A stretch of 64,000 bases of DNA from Phallusia mammillata (Eukaryota), in contig OZ281495.1 of the NCBI GenBank assembly GCA_965637545.1, positions 26,474,001 to 26,538,000 of the forward strand, given 5' to 3'. Position 1 is the first letter of the stretch. Each line of letters starts with the position of its first letter. Under the pieces are notes generated by a model. The model ran no database searches, was not told where the DNA came from, and was given only the letters and a program-made list of their open reading frames with translations. Position numbers and translations under genes: made by a program. Positions 28,301-40,100 of this stretch are shown here, one piece after another.

Positions 28301-31300
28301 TTGAATTGTTTGTAACAACTATTTTTTTGGGTTGAAACAGGTGAACAGGAGGGTGGAAAGGGCGATGGAGATCAAATGGATCATATCGTCAAGACTGAAG
28401 TTTCTCTCACACTTGCGAGTCGTGTTGAAGTAAAGGAAGACGACGATTCTGACATTAAGAACCTCCTGCTCAGGTAAAAGTGGCAAATCAGGATTTTTCC
28501 AACCCATCATACTGCAGTTGTTGTGTGAGCTATGTCATTCTATTGAAAACGAATGAAGCTCATTGAGCAATTGGACCTGTGTTTTTAAACCTTGTAGGTG
28601 CTGCTACCTTAAGGGCGCTGTACAAAGTTAGATAGGTGATAAAAAATCATCCAATAAGTTAGATTTACTTTTAGTTTTATTCAAAAAATGGTTGGTGGAG
28701 TAAAAAGGTGTAAAATCATTTGGTTGGACAAACGCGTAGAAGATAGCATAGGGTTTCGCTTAGCGTGTATGCAAATGTGAAGATAGGCCCATGTACTCTA
28801 GTAGAAGTCGTTTTGGTGGTTTGTTTCTACACATCAACATCTTAATAAAGTTCCCGTTTTGTTGCCGCAGGACGAAACGAATGGTGATCGACATCATTAG
28901 AGTGCAGGTTGGCGAGAACTTGACAGATGTTCTTGACACTGAGGCAACAGATCAACAAGTAAGAGCGGAATTTGTGTGTTGTAATCAATCACTTGGCATA
29001 GGGATTTGAGAGCTGCAATACTATAAATTTGTATTTCTCAGAATTATCGATAGCAGGTTAACAAAATAGTGTCTGGTTTGAAGAGTTTGTTGCATCCAAA
29101 AGTTTGCCGACTTGTGTCATATCTCAAATACAGTCACTTGAATAGTATATTTATTACATAAAAGCACATAGCTTTTACATAATAAGTAAGATACAGATGG
29201 TGTACATTCTTCAGACCTATAATAAGGTCTCAGTGCTGCTTATGACAAGGTATTGGCCGTATATATACTATAGCCTTGTGTATAACCACATTGCGACACT
29301 CCAGTTTGTTGGGAGTAACAGGTTAAAAAGCCATGCCTCGCCAATTCTCTTCGATGTCACAACTGGACATAAACCCAAAATTAAACTGTTTTGTCACTTA
29401 TCTTTAGGAAGAGGAGCACATGCGCAACGTGGAGAAGCTGGAGGAGAGGAAGAAACAGGAGCAAGCTGATGATAAGGACAAGGATGAGTCGATGCTCCGG
29501 ACTCGATCTCTTCTCAATGAGAACAAGCTCCCGCTGGAAGACATGAAGAGAAGAGTAAAGAGAAACCTGGAAAAACTTGAATCACATGGCATCGTTTCGA
29601 AGGATGATCATTACCAGGCTATTGTGAATCTCATAGCAAGGGTAAGTACTGGTTTGTAATGACTTCATTGAAGTTATAAGGGGCTGAACTTAATCGAGTA
29701 ACATTATGCGAGATCAAAATACTTGATTTGACTCGGAAAAGCTGTTTGTAAAAAAAATCGAGTTATATAAACGTTTGTGACGAAAAAACGGTTTTGAATT
29801 ATTTACCGAAATAGATAGTTACCGAAAATTAGATGAGTGTTTGAAAAAAATACAATAATGGCTTCTATCGTTATGTGACTTTGTTATACCTCGAGTCACG
29901 AACAATTGCAAACTCAAACTAGATTTGAACTCCAATTTAGATTCCAATTGTCTTGTGACTCGGGTATAGCGGCTTACATTCAAAACTTTCTGCAAGTGTA
30001 CGTTTTGTTAATCAAGCTTGATCGGTCAGTGCAATTTTCAATACACTAATCAATGTATACTGTTTGGTTAAAGCGGTGTAAATCTTAAATGTAGGTTGAA
30101 ATACGATTACAACGAAGCGTTTTCATATTTTAACCTACTACCTAAGTCAGTCGTCTCACCCAGATATCCTACACCAGGGGTCGGCAACCTTTTTTGCCCT
30201 GCGGACCCGATTTGAAACTGAAATTTTATCGCGGACCGGCCTTCAAAAAACTCCAAATATTCAGGAATAAAAAAAAATCATAAATTACTTTATAATCCCC
30301 GGGAAGCACGGACAAAATGTTTCAAAGCATCTGACCTGAAAACGTATACGGCCCGGTTATAAACTCTTCGCGGACCGGCACCGGGTCGCGGACCGACGGT
30401 TGCCCACCACTGCCAAATCATGTTTCGCAAAAAAATATTTTTCTTGCTTCGATTACAGGATATTCGCAACCAACGTAGATACAGACAGCGCCGTAAACAG
30501 GAACTCACAAAACTCAAGCAGAATATGGACCGACTTGATCAGAAGGCCAAGTTCTTCGAGGAGCAATCCGATTATTACAATCAATACATCAAGAGCTGCC
30601 TGGCTAGTTTGGCAAACAAGAGCAAGAAGTATGTTTTTCATTTGTTTCCATTTTTAATGCCGGTGTAAATATTACCTGACATCACGCTTTAGAAAAAAGT
30701 TGCTGACTAGATAAAAGGAGTAAATGGCAGATTGTTACCAAACTCTAAGGTAGTAGACCAGGAATCTTTAACACGCAGTACCAGGTTATAAAATGAAATA
30801 TATATATTTTTACAAAGTGACTGGATTTACACATGATTAGTCGCGCAGCTATTAGTGATACGCTTCGTTAAGAATGTTGCTCTACTTCGTTTAACCGTTT
30901 AACGTAATTTGTTGTTTTCATTTTAGAAACCAAAAGAAAAAGCGCAAGGTGCAGGCAGTGAAATACACAGCATCCGAACTACACCGGAAGAAAGTTCTAC
31001 TGGAAATTGAAGGCCTCGAAACATCACAGTAAGTCGCTCTTTTTAATTGTTTGTGCATATTTTTTGTACAAACACCAAGCATTACTACTAGTGATTATTT
31101 TTACCGAGCACGTGTTTTGCGTATAACGTCATACGACTTACAAGGGCTATTAATACGTTACATACATTAGCTGAATTTCCGATTTTGATACTTCGTAGTT
31201 GTACGTGTACGTTTTTGTGTAACTTGCCAGCTAACAGGCAATGTTTAAATGGCAGAAACTGTTGTATTGAACTGAAGCATTGTTTTCGAATTCTGTCTCA

Positions 31301-32134
31301 TCTGTACATCACTGGGGTGAATTTCAAATATTGTCCAGTACTGAACTTCATTTTTTCGATATGACGCTTGGATGCTTAACTACATGTTTTGCGAAACAGA
31401 TTCCGCAACGTAATGTTTGAGATCGCTCAAACGGAGGAAGACGTGGGTCGCTTCGATGTCTCAGCCAAGTTCCTTGGAGTTAACATGGAAAAAGTCAACC
31501 TCGTTTTCCAGGTAGGCGATTGGTAAAAACGCTTTAACACGAAACTCCGTTCGACATAATATCGACTCGCATACATTGCAGTTCGCCACACTGCAATAAT
31601 ATATAAAATTAATCTAAAAAAGACCATAAACAAAATCTAAAGTACTTCCCGTTTGGTATTTAGGCAATTTTAGTTTTCTGGTTGTCATTATGCACATTAA
31701 GTCTGATTGTATGCTTAGCCCAATGTAACGTTTTTCGATTTTGCATTTTGATTGGCTTTTAAGCGCTTGTTTGGGACATCGTACTGGTAAAATAAACAAT
31801 GACGGCATCACAGAATATGTTGCAAGATTTTTTCGCCAACAAAGGTTTGTTACAACAGACAGTATAGTCATTCAATATTGCACCTTCGACTTTTATGTAA
31901 GTTTTAACATGGGTACTATTATGTAGTATTGGACGAAATTTCTTCCCAGTGGCTTCCTGAAATCCCTGTTGCCAGTCCAATATCAGTGGATTAAATCGTG
32001 TAATCTTCTTTTACCAGGATTTGCTTCAGCTCCAGTACGAGGGTGTGTCAGTTATGAAGATGTTCGACGGGAGGGCGCGAATCAACGTCAACCTTCTCAT
32101 CTTCTTGCTCAACAAGAAATTCTTTGGGAAGTAA
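3851..32134 (+). CDS. IQGAP1: IQ motif-containing GTPase-activating-like scaffold protein (IQGAP family; CH - coiled-coil repeats - WW - 4xIQ - RasGAP-related domain - RGCT), 38 exons, 1665 aa
   Basis: Exons chained by GT-AG sites and phase: 3851-3935, 4231-4330, 5232-5466, 6087-6231, 6759-6872, 7949-8127, 8689-8776, 8930-9084, 9755-9845, 10757-10923, 11445-11609, 11792-11894, 12328-12582, 14098-14265, 14890-15032, 15402-15548, 15831-15938, 17402-17473, 17660-17729, 18153-18239, 18796-18917, 19545-19700, 20425-20588, 23409-23529, 23795-23898, 23972-24112, 24326-24410, 24786-24953, 25453-25520, 25842-25974, 26294-26396, 28341-28473, 28871-28958, 29408-29641, 30459-30628, 30927-31028, 31400-31511, 32018-32134 (sum 4998 nt, in frame). 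Diagnostic motifs: AEEMD..AYEYLCHLEEAK, ELEEGLRNGVYL, FYPETTDIYDRKNMPK, WW exon, four IQ motifs, NLIYYRYMNPAIVAPDAFD, C-terminal DLLQLQYEGVSVMKMF..NVNLLIFLLNKKFFGK*. The symbol denotes the family; orthology to vertebrate IQGAP1 vs 2/3 is not resolved. Confidence 0.96.
6374..6458. mobile_element. Short Tc1/mariner-type MITE (CAGTAAAC...GTTTACT ends, TA flanks)
   Basis: Ends resemble the copies at 57279-57445 and 61850-61975; degenerate. Confidence 0.55.
10293..10318. repeat. (TG)n microsatellite
   Basis: About 13 TG units read directly. Confidence 0.9.
12963..13282. mobile_element. hAT-family MITE
   Basis: TIRs CAGGGGTGGGCA...TGCCCACCCCTG; perfect 8-bp TSD CATTACAG (12955-12962 / 13283-13290). 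Confidence 0.93.
15134..15347 (+). mobile_element. tRNA-derived SINE-like element
   Basis: T-arm GTGGGTTCGAATCCCAC (B-box 15235-15245), acceptor-like CCTGT/ACAGG, upstream hairpin ctgggatcg..cgatccag, (ATAAT)n-like tail. Confidence 0.55.
15947..16334. mobile_element. hAT-type MITE inserted at the IQGAP exon-17 splice donor
   Basis: TIRs TAGGGATG(T/G)GCC...GGCCCATCCCTA; 8-bp TSD GTAAGTAT (15939-15946 / 16335-16342); internal GCTCGG/CCGAGC subterminal repeats. Confidence 0.92.
16748..17178. mobile_element. Older hAT MITE (outer) containing a nested MITE
   Basis: Ends ttGTGGTTCCCAA...TTGGGAACCACTG; TSD ATCTAGTG / ATCCAGTG (1 mismatch). Confidence 0.75.
16887..17103. mobile_element. hAT MITE (inner, nested)
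   Basis: TIRs CAGGGGTTCTTAACC...GGTTAAGAACCACTG; perfect TSD CCCTAGAG. Confidence 0.93.
19303..19355 (+). ncRNA. Minimal type-I hammerhead ribozyme motif (Penelope/retrozyme-like)
   Basis: CTGATGA 19313-19319, stem II GACAA/TTGTC (19321-19336), GAAAC 19337-19341, GTT cleavage triplet, helix I ttatt.ca / tg..aataa. Confidence 0.7.
19976..20192. mobile_element. hAT MITE
   Basis: TIRs CAGTGGTTCTCAAAC...GTTTGAGAACCACTG; perfect TSD CTCTATAT. Confidence 0.93.
21342..21918. mobile_element. hAT non-autonomous element (577 bp)
   Basis: TIRs CAGGGGTGGGCAAC...GTTGCCCGCCCCTG; perfect TSD GACTACAC; internal 22-bp tandem duplication cggcccgcgacgggattttgag. Confidence 0.93.
22260..22313 (-). ncRNA. Minimal type-I hammerhead ribozyme motif (same family as 19303-19355)
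   Basis: Minus strand reads tatatcttta-CTGATGA-t-GACAA-cagaga-TTGTC-GAAAC-GTC-tacacgatgta: intact core, GUC triplet, helix I pairing. Confidence 0.75.
30175..30412 (+). mobile_element. hAT MITE (same family as 47140-47356, opposite orientation)
   Basis: Ends CAGGGGTCGGCAACC...GGTTGCCCACCACTG; internal ttgaaactgaaattttatcgcggaccggc matches the reverse complement of the 47-kb copy; no clean TSD. Confidence 0.85.
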
Positions 32135-34261
32135 ACCCCCCACAACGAGCCCCACACATCAGAACGGGACGATAGCGTCGCTATGAGGGAAATACCCAAA
32201 GTCCCCTTTCATACTGTGACCTATCAGTGTCCATTGAGGTTCGCGTTCGACAAAAACGCATCGATTTTAGCTGTATTCTTTAACTCGCGTTTCTTGCATA
32301 CACTATCCAGGTCTCTGCCGCTTAATATGTATATTATATAAATATATATTGGTATGCATTTAAGTGACTGCATTACCGGGCTGACAGCGTTTTCTACATT
32401 GTACACCACTGCTCATAGCAGGTGATCTTCTACTTGTGCATTGTGATTTTATGCGTCCTTGACTATGGGTGGCGACTTACATAACCTACGCTATAATACT
32501 TGAACTCGCATATATTCCACTTACAAACAACAGCATTTTTTGTGCCATTCCGTACAGTAAATGAATCTGATTTATCATTCCACTAACTTAACACTGCTCC
32601 ATTCCACACCCGAACCAACCTTAATGTACTACAAATATGTATTTTCTCAGTGTAAATGTAGTTGGACTTTTGCTACGCGTTTTTAACATTATTCCCCGGT
32701 AGAGCTATCAGTATGCGTAGAAGGCATCGCGTATTAGACTGGCAGTATTTTAAAACAGCGTTAAACCTTAAATACTTCCAAACGAAATTTGCACGAAATA
32801 CCTGGAGCCTATAAAACACCCCCTTTTTTGCTGTATCAATAAGCACAATTTGTAACATATCAAATTTGCACTGCTACTTGGGATATACACCACAGCGCGA
32901 ACTGCTTTAGCCTTGCAATCATTCTTTGTGTTTTCTTATGTGGCCTAATTTTGTGTAGTGCCCGCGTTATAACTTTAATATCGCTTGTGCCTGGTTGTCG
33001 CTTTTGCATCGTCCCTTTTCTTTTTCCGCGTCTTGTTTTAACTTTGCCTTGACAACGATTCGCGCCGTGTCAGCGCCCCCTATCGCTCAGAGGAATGGGA
33101 ACTCGAAAAACAAACGTTCCCCTAAAAAAAATTGTCAAGAGTGTATGTGGCAGAATAAAAAGGAAGCAGAAAAACAAATCAAAATTAGAAATGCTACAGC
33201 GCATTCATTTCTTTTTTAAATCCGTTCAAACATTTAAGTCTAAAACTAGTCGAGACTGCAAATTAAGCCTTGTTTTTTTAGAAACTTGGTCACACTTTAT
33301 GTCTTCGATGCCGTTTTGGTAGATTAAACAAAATGTTAGAACCGAAATGTTATCAGGATTTTGTATCGACCAGCCGTACATCACCAAAAACACATTATCA
33401 GCCATCAGTTAACCAAGAGGACTTCCCGCTATTCTAAACAGCAGTCTTACTGTAGCATAAAACTTTTTAAGGGGGGCGTAACAGATCCTCCAACAGAATT
33501 GTGCAACATCATTTCCTTGGCATGTGAAAATCAAAAAATTCGTGCCATTTTTACGGATCTGACGTTGTTTACTTGCCAACGTGACTTTAGATCAGTGGCT
33601 TTCATACGTTTGAGGCTTGCGGCACACAAACCTTTTCTTTGCGTGGGACGCTTTGCAGACTAAAACACTGGTTCCATCATTTGGCAGGGATTTAGGCCTT
33701 CGTTATGAGCCTTGATTGCAGAGTCTCAAGCCTTTCGCATAATTAAATGAGCAGTCTCGGGTTTGAGATCAGGTTATAACAGGTTCTTGGGTTTGTTGGC
33801 AAGGTTAATAATACCACACAATTACTAATTCCCGTACTGGCAAAAAAAGTGTGAAACACTACCACGTCCACCGAATTCATGATCTAGCTAGGCCTGTGCT
33901 TAATTGTGCTGTTATGTTTCTCGAAGTTGGTCGACTAAAAAGTCTTATACATCGCGTATTTTGTTGCAAACATTTTAACCATTTGACTTTGTTATGCGGC
34001 CTTTTTAATTCTTACGAATTATACCAGCAACTTCCAAAAAGTTAACTGGATTTGCGATGATTCACAATTCACAAAATCAAATGCAATGCAATCTAAAAAG
34101 CCGATTTGTTTATCTTTTAAGTTCGTTTGCACATTATATGCCCGACTCCAATTAGTAAGATAAAGAAGAGAAAATCACAAATTATCGACAAACTTTTGCA
34201 ACCAACATCCGTCTTCTTGTGCTTGGTTTCTATGAACTTGCCTTTTTTCTATTTCACGTAA

Positions 34262-34306
34262 TCACGTGACAAAGCGCCAGATGTAAATGAATGTTTCTTC
34301 TTTCTT
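34262..34306 (+). promoter_or_regulatory. Core promoter: E-box TCACGTGAC plus TCT/5'TOP-like pyrimidine initiator
   Basis: TCACGTGAC at 34262-34270; ttCtttctt with C at 34300 fits the TCT initiator YC+1TYTYY; followed by a good donor AAG|GTAGGT at 34363/34364. Confidence 0.55.
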
Positions 34307-35647
34307 GACCTTTCGGAGCTGGTGTTGACATCTCGTTGGAGCTGTGCGCGAATCTATGAAAAGGTAGGTGAAGCGGTTTTGTTGAAATTTAATTGCAAAA
34401 TTTGTGTAAGAAAGGCATTTTACCTGGATTTAAACGATTGGAGAACGCTGTAATTTTTAAGTAAAAAATATATTTTGTATTTTAAGTAAAAACACTTGTG
34501 AACGCAATAAAAGTTTGCTTAAGATTTGTCAGAAACAAAGTATTTTTAGCGCGGTTATAATAATAACGTTAGGGGATGTTTATACGTTGTCAGTCAAAGA
34601 TTGGTAAGCAGTCATAGCCCACATTTTTTCCGAGCAAAATCTAATCAACCAGAAAATCAAGCTTTTAATTACAGTTTCGTTGCGTAACATGTTGTCGTAA
34701 AAATTAAATGATTAACTGAATATGAATCTTGTAAAATAGCTTCTTCGGTAACATGGGTAATGCTTTAGCAAGATCTTATCAAATCAAGCTTTCAACAATA
34801 GGCAAGTTCTACATTTCGTTCCTCTGTGACATAACAATGCCACGTTGTAAACGCAATTCCCGATGCGTGCTGTTTTCAGGCGATCGGCGCTTTTTGCTGA
34901 TAACCGCGCCAGTTGCGTTCCTAGCCTTTCAGAATTCAGTTGTTATAGTTTTGTTGTCGGCAGCATAGAAAAAAGAAAGAAAACCTAATTGCTTATCCAC
35001 AGTTACTTGAACTGTTTCAGATTGTGCTGGTATCAGAATGCTTCTGAATTTAGGCTGCACAAGATCCGAGTTTTTCAATGCTGATGGCCCAACTACAATG
35101 AACGGCATTTGCTGTATGATTTGCATGCCATCAATGTAAAAGTAAGTTGTTTTACTTATTTTTAGACGTTCTAATTTTTGTGACAAGTCTTTGTCAGCTT
35201 AAAAACATGTGCGTTTGCAAGCATGCTATTTTTTCAACTTACGTGCAGTTTATAACTTAAGTATGCCAACTGAAAATAGTTGTATAAATAGTTGATGTTT
35301 TGTGTTTTTGTTAGGTCAATTAGTAAAATTGGCAAGAATTCATGTAGGCCTACCTTTTGTGTTTCCGCTATACAGCCTTGTCTGCATTGTTGTAAAATAA
35401 ACATCAGTCGAAAAAAATTGAAGAAATAGTTAAATTGTTAGTTGTGGGGTTAACTTGACAATGGTCTTAAGTTTAGACATCAAGTATCAATTTGGGGAGT
35501 TGTTTAGTACATTATAGATTTGAAGGATGTGTTTTTACAGAATGTGCATTAAAACATTATTTGTGTGTATAAAGTGGTTGTAAACAAAAACTTACAGGGG
35601 GGGAATTACTTTAATTTAATCAACAACGTCAGTCAGGCCCCAACATT

Positions 35648-35822
35648 TCTTGCGCAATAATCGTCATCCAATCCACGTGTTGCATAAATGACGTAACGAT
35701 TCCTGGTATGCGCAGGGCAGTCACGTGACAAATTATGCCAATCATCTGATTCTATTTGCTCACGCAGAAACAAGCGCTGATTGAATTTTTTGTAATCCAG
35801 GTTGATTGCGAGACTTTTGCGT
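35648..35822 (+). other. Conserved intronic module, copy 1
   Basis: Shares ordered motifs with 37015-37181, including the identical 25-mer TGGTATGCGCAGGGCAGTCACGTGA. Confidence 0.85.
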
Positions 35823-37014
35823 GCCTTCGGTGTTAGCTACCGATTAAATGTGATCATGTTGGTCCCTTTTATTCTAAACTGAGTAATGTACATCGTGGGT
35901 TCGTGGCTATGCATTTTAATAAAAACAAACAAAAGCAAACTAACGTTAAAAATTATGTTGCGCACCGAACTTCCTATCATTAAGGTGGTTTAAATAATTT
36001 TGTGATCAAACATTGTATGTAGGCTACTAAAAAGAAATAATACATAATAAAGTTGCTTATCCTTTTGATGATTTCCCGGCGGTTTCTCTTTAAATGACTT
36101 TGATATTTTGGTGCTTAGTAGGTAAATAGCACCATTTTGCAACTAACGTTATTATTATTATTTTTTCAGGTTAAGCTTCTTCAATGGAAGTGCTTCGAAC
36201 GATAAATCGACATAAACGTCAAGTCGCGTATACATTCTACTGCTCCTGGCAAAGACTAGCTACGACATCTATAATAAAGGTAAGCTTTCGTTTGCCTGTG
36301 CAGTATCTGTCGTTTTGATGTGTTACCAACTAAGCCGTAATATTGTTTCGGGAATCAGATAATTGTTCAGCGATTTGACATTGCCCACAGCTGCTTTATG
36401 TTTTGTTTTGTTAACAGTAAAAATACTGGATGCCGGTATACTGGATTTTGTCGTGTGCTAAACCAAGCTTTAAAGCTTTGTGTTTATCATTGTAGTTAAT
36501 CATACCACAAAACAGGTAAAGTGTATATTGGTCAGTGTGTTGTTGTCGATGGTCTTCAAGTCATTGGTGCCGAGTTTTCATATTTGTCCGTTTGGTAATT
36601 GCATTTCTTTATGTTAAGAACATTATTTTACTTGTAAATGGTGCTAAGTTGACTCTGAAAACTAGCCGGCCGCAACGTTTAAGTCATGTGGTTTTTGCTT
36701 AGTTTGGATAAAAGTAAGAATTGTCCGAAAACTGGATGCTTAAGCTTTTGTATGTTGTTCGCTAACGCTTTGTTTTAACTATAGCAGAAAGTAATTAAAA
36801 CTTATGATTATAAGTAACTAAAGTAGTTAAATTGTTAATTGTTTGTTGGAATTGCAGTGTTGTTGAATTCGGGCACTTAATATCAATTTTAAAGTTGTTT
36901 TGTTATGTTGGGCTTAAATGTTTGGCACTCTGTCTGACCATTAGAACAGATTTTGTGAAAAAATATATCGGGTGGCTTTATTTAAACCAATAACTCTATT
37001 TAAACGTCAAAAAG

Positions 37015-37181
37015 TCTTGCGCAATCTTCTGCAATTCACGTGTACCTTAAGTGACGTAACGAAGCTTGGTATGCGCAGGGCAGTCACGTGATAAATTAAC
37101 CCAATCATCTGATGATATTTGCTCACTTAACTCGCTGATTGCTGTATGCACATATTTCGGACTGATTGCAAGATTTTGCGT
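37015..37181 (+). other. Conserved intronic module, copy 2
   Basis: Paralog of 35648-35822: motifs conserved, spacers diverged. Confidence 0.85.
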
Positions 37182-40100
37182 CTCCTGTGTGACCTACTAA
37201 TCATAACAGGTCACCACGTTTGCGTGCGTCTTCTCGTTCTTGAGCATTGCAAGTAGATCGTTTATTTATGCTTTAATTGCCAATTCCCAAGTATGATGTA
37301 CCGAATTTAAACCGTTCTGAAGATGGCAAAATGACTGCTTTGCTTTAAAAATTAGTCACTGTATTACCGTAGCAAAATTGTTAACAAGTCTATTTTGAGA
37401 CACTTGCTGTTGTAAACTTTATTTCAAACACTATCTCGCTAAACGTTTAACGTATTGCATCACAGTTAAAAAGAATGATAAAAAACTGATGCCATCTATA
37501 AAAAGTTGTCTTGTAAAATAACGATATGTGAATTCTAACTTACCACATTGTTTACAGAATACACCTGTCCTCGTCAACAAAATATGCACCAGATGCGGAT
37601 CACCATCATACACCAAGGACAGTCGAAATGTGATTGCCATACGTACATGCGCATTTTTATGAACTTAGACTGCAAAATCACACCTTAATTTCAACTGGAC
37701 CTTCAGAGCGATTTCATATGCGTACCGGTATTATCGTGGAAGACTTGAAATCACGACGTTACCACGGTCAACCAACACCCACATTCATGGACAGCCATAT
37801 ATCGGCATTATACGCAGTAGACTGACACCATGATGTGGACGCATTGTGGACGGCCAAGTACAATGCATTGTGGACGGTCAAGTAGTTGCCGTACGTGCGT
37901 CGGCATTACACGCCATGGACTTGGACTTCTTGCGCTTGACATATTGACTTATATTGTACGCGGCGGTTTGTTAGTTACGAATTGTAATTGCAGTCGCACA
38001 AGTTACAAGTTGGTCAAGCAGTAACAGAAACAGCTCGAATAAGTGCAGTTGAAAACTGTTAAGGTAGCCTAACTCTTAGATTGAGACAAAAGTTATTAGC
38101 AAAGCTGGAATTCAAATTTAGAAATAAAACAGTAGCCCAGAAAGGAGTTGCGCATTCAGTTGATTTTTCCGAATATTGAGTAGTTTGTGACGTTCATCGA
38201 TTTTGGTGTTGCGTGATGTTTCTCGATCACTGAAACCAGTGCATGGTTTCGGCGTTTGGGAATTCCCCTCTACATGTTAACTTGCGCAAATGCCCCCAAA
38301 CCCCCAACACCTGGTTGTTCAACGTTGTACCTGCGTATTCGTGTTACAAGACTGTGCACAGTTCTGTAATGCGAACGGTATTCCGAAAAGTTGCTCTGTT
38401 TGTGCATAGTTTTAGACAGTTCGGTTGAGTTGAAGTAAGAAAGAAGGCAATAGTATAGTGAGGTATTATTAACAGCGGTTTTAGTTTATTTGTGTGATTG
38501 CAATTTGTTTTCTTGTGAAACGCTTCTTTGTAAAACCCTAGAGAATCCTAATGGTAAATTGCTTTGCATATTAGTTCCCGCTTTGATCATATTGTTGTTA
38601 CAATGTTGATATGGTATATTTTAAAATGCAACGCCTTTTGACGGTTATTGCCTTCAAAGCAAGTGTTTGTCTGTGCTGGACTGTATTGGGAAAAAGCCGT
38701 TTACCGTTGACTGGAAATGAATTGGATTTATAACAAGCTTTTACAATCATGTAACGACTGAAAATAATTTACATAACGTAGTATTGTTCATAATTACGTT
38801 ACCGGGTCTGAAAATGCATAATATTCTGTTTGATTTTTGTATTACAAAAACATTATATTTATTACGCAGCGACGGCTGACGAAAAAATTTGTATACTGAA
38901 AATTTATATTGATTTGTGGTGCTGTATTTTGTTTTCTTGGCAACCCTGCGATTGCTGTTCTTAAAGCAACGAACCTAAAAATTGTAATATTGTGAAAATT
39001 GGCCCTTTTACCACCCAGCGACGGCTGGAGATAGTTTTTAAGACGCAGCGATTGCTGACGATAAATGGACGCCCCAAAATGCACGTCGCTATTTTATTGT
39101 CATTTGAATTCGTCATGAAGCTGCTGTAGTTGAATTGTAAATATGTCCGCTTTCATAACTCCCCGTCGACTGGATATTACTCAAAATGCAGCGTTTATTA
39201 GCTGCATATCATTGTATTGTGTTGATTTGCTTTTTCGAAAGGCACATTTCACAAAAACTGCCTTTTTGCCAACGACGTTAGGAAATAGTTTTCAAACTCA
39301 GCAACAGCTGACGTAATAGTAACAAACCTTAAAAGTGCACGTTTGTATTTTGTGCTGCATAAAACGGCTTTTTGCTACCCAGCGACGGCTGGACGTAACT
39401 ATACGCTCCCCTCGTGTGTTTTTGTGTTCGCAATAACCTGTTGCTATTGTCGCATTATGAATCAATCGGTGTCGTGCATCACACTTAAAAGTAAGTACCC
39501 GTGTTGCAAGTCAAAAACCCTGGGCATTTTTTTATTTGGCTATTTTTACCTTCAGGCAGATGCACGATGGAAATGACGTCACCAACGGTTGCCATGGGAA
39601 CCTGTTGACATTCGGCCGGGAGGGTGGGTCCTTTCGATGAATCGCAAACTTCGGGTGGTAAGTTATGTTTTTTGTTGTTTTCACAGCTCGTGTCTTGTTT
39701 GCTGTTGCCTTTGATCAAAAGAGAAATGATGTCAGAATGCATTTGTTTCTTTGTTGTAAATATAGTCCTTTCTGCCTCAATCAAATCTATCATACCAAGA
39801 TAAATTCATAAATTCGGCCGTACATGACTTCGGTTTCAAAATTAATTCAATTTTCTATCTCCAGAGAAAGCTGTCTGATGCATCGAATGCCGTACTCCTA
39901 GAAACCGGAAAACATCAGCTGAAATCCTGATCCGCAGCACATGGCCTCCTGTGATGCAGCAATTACAAAACAGGTTTGTAAATTTCACTTTTTTGGAACA
40001 AATATTACCCAACTCGCTGTAACACTAAAGAGCACATTAACTCACAGCGTTATTTAAGACTGTAATCACTTTCGCAAGTCTTAGTGAAATACGCATCTTT

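Noticed and set aside
35704-35728. snoRNA antisense element to the 18S rRNA 3' region (UUACGUCCCUGCCCUUUGUACACACCG)
   Set aside because: Complementarity is interrupted after 6-7 bp, and no canonical C/D box geometry supports it. The U17/snR30 motifs AUAUUCCUA and AAACCAU are also absent.
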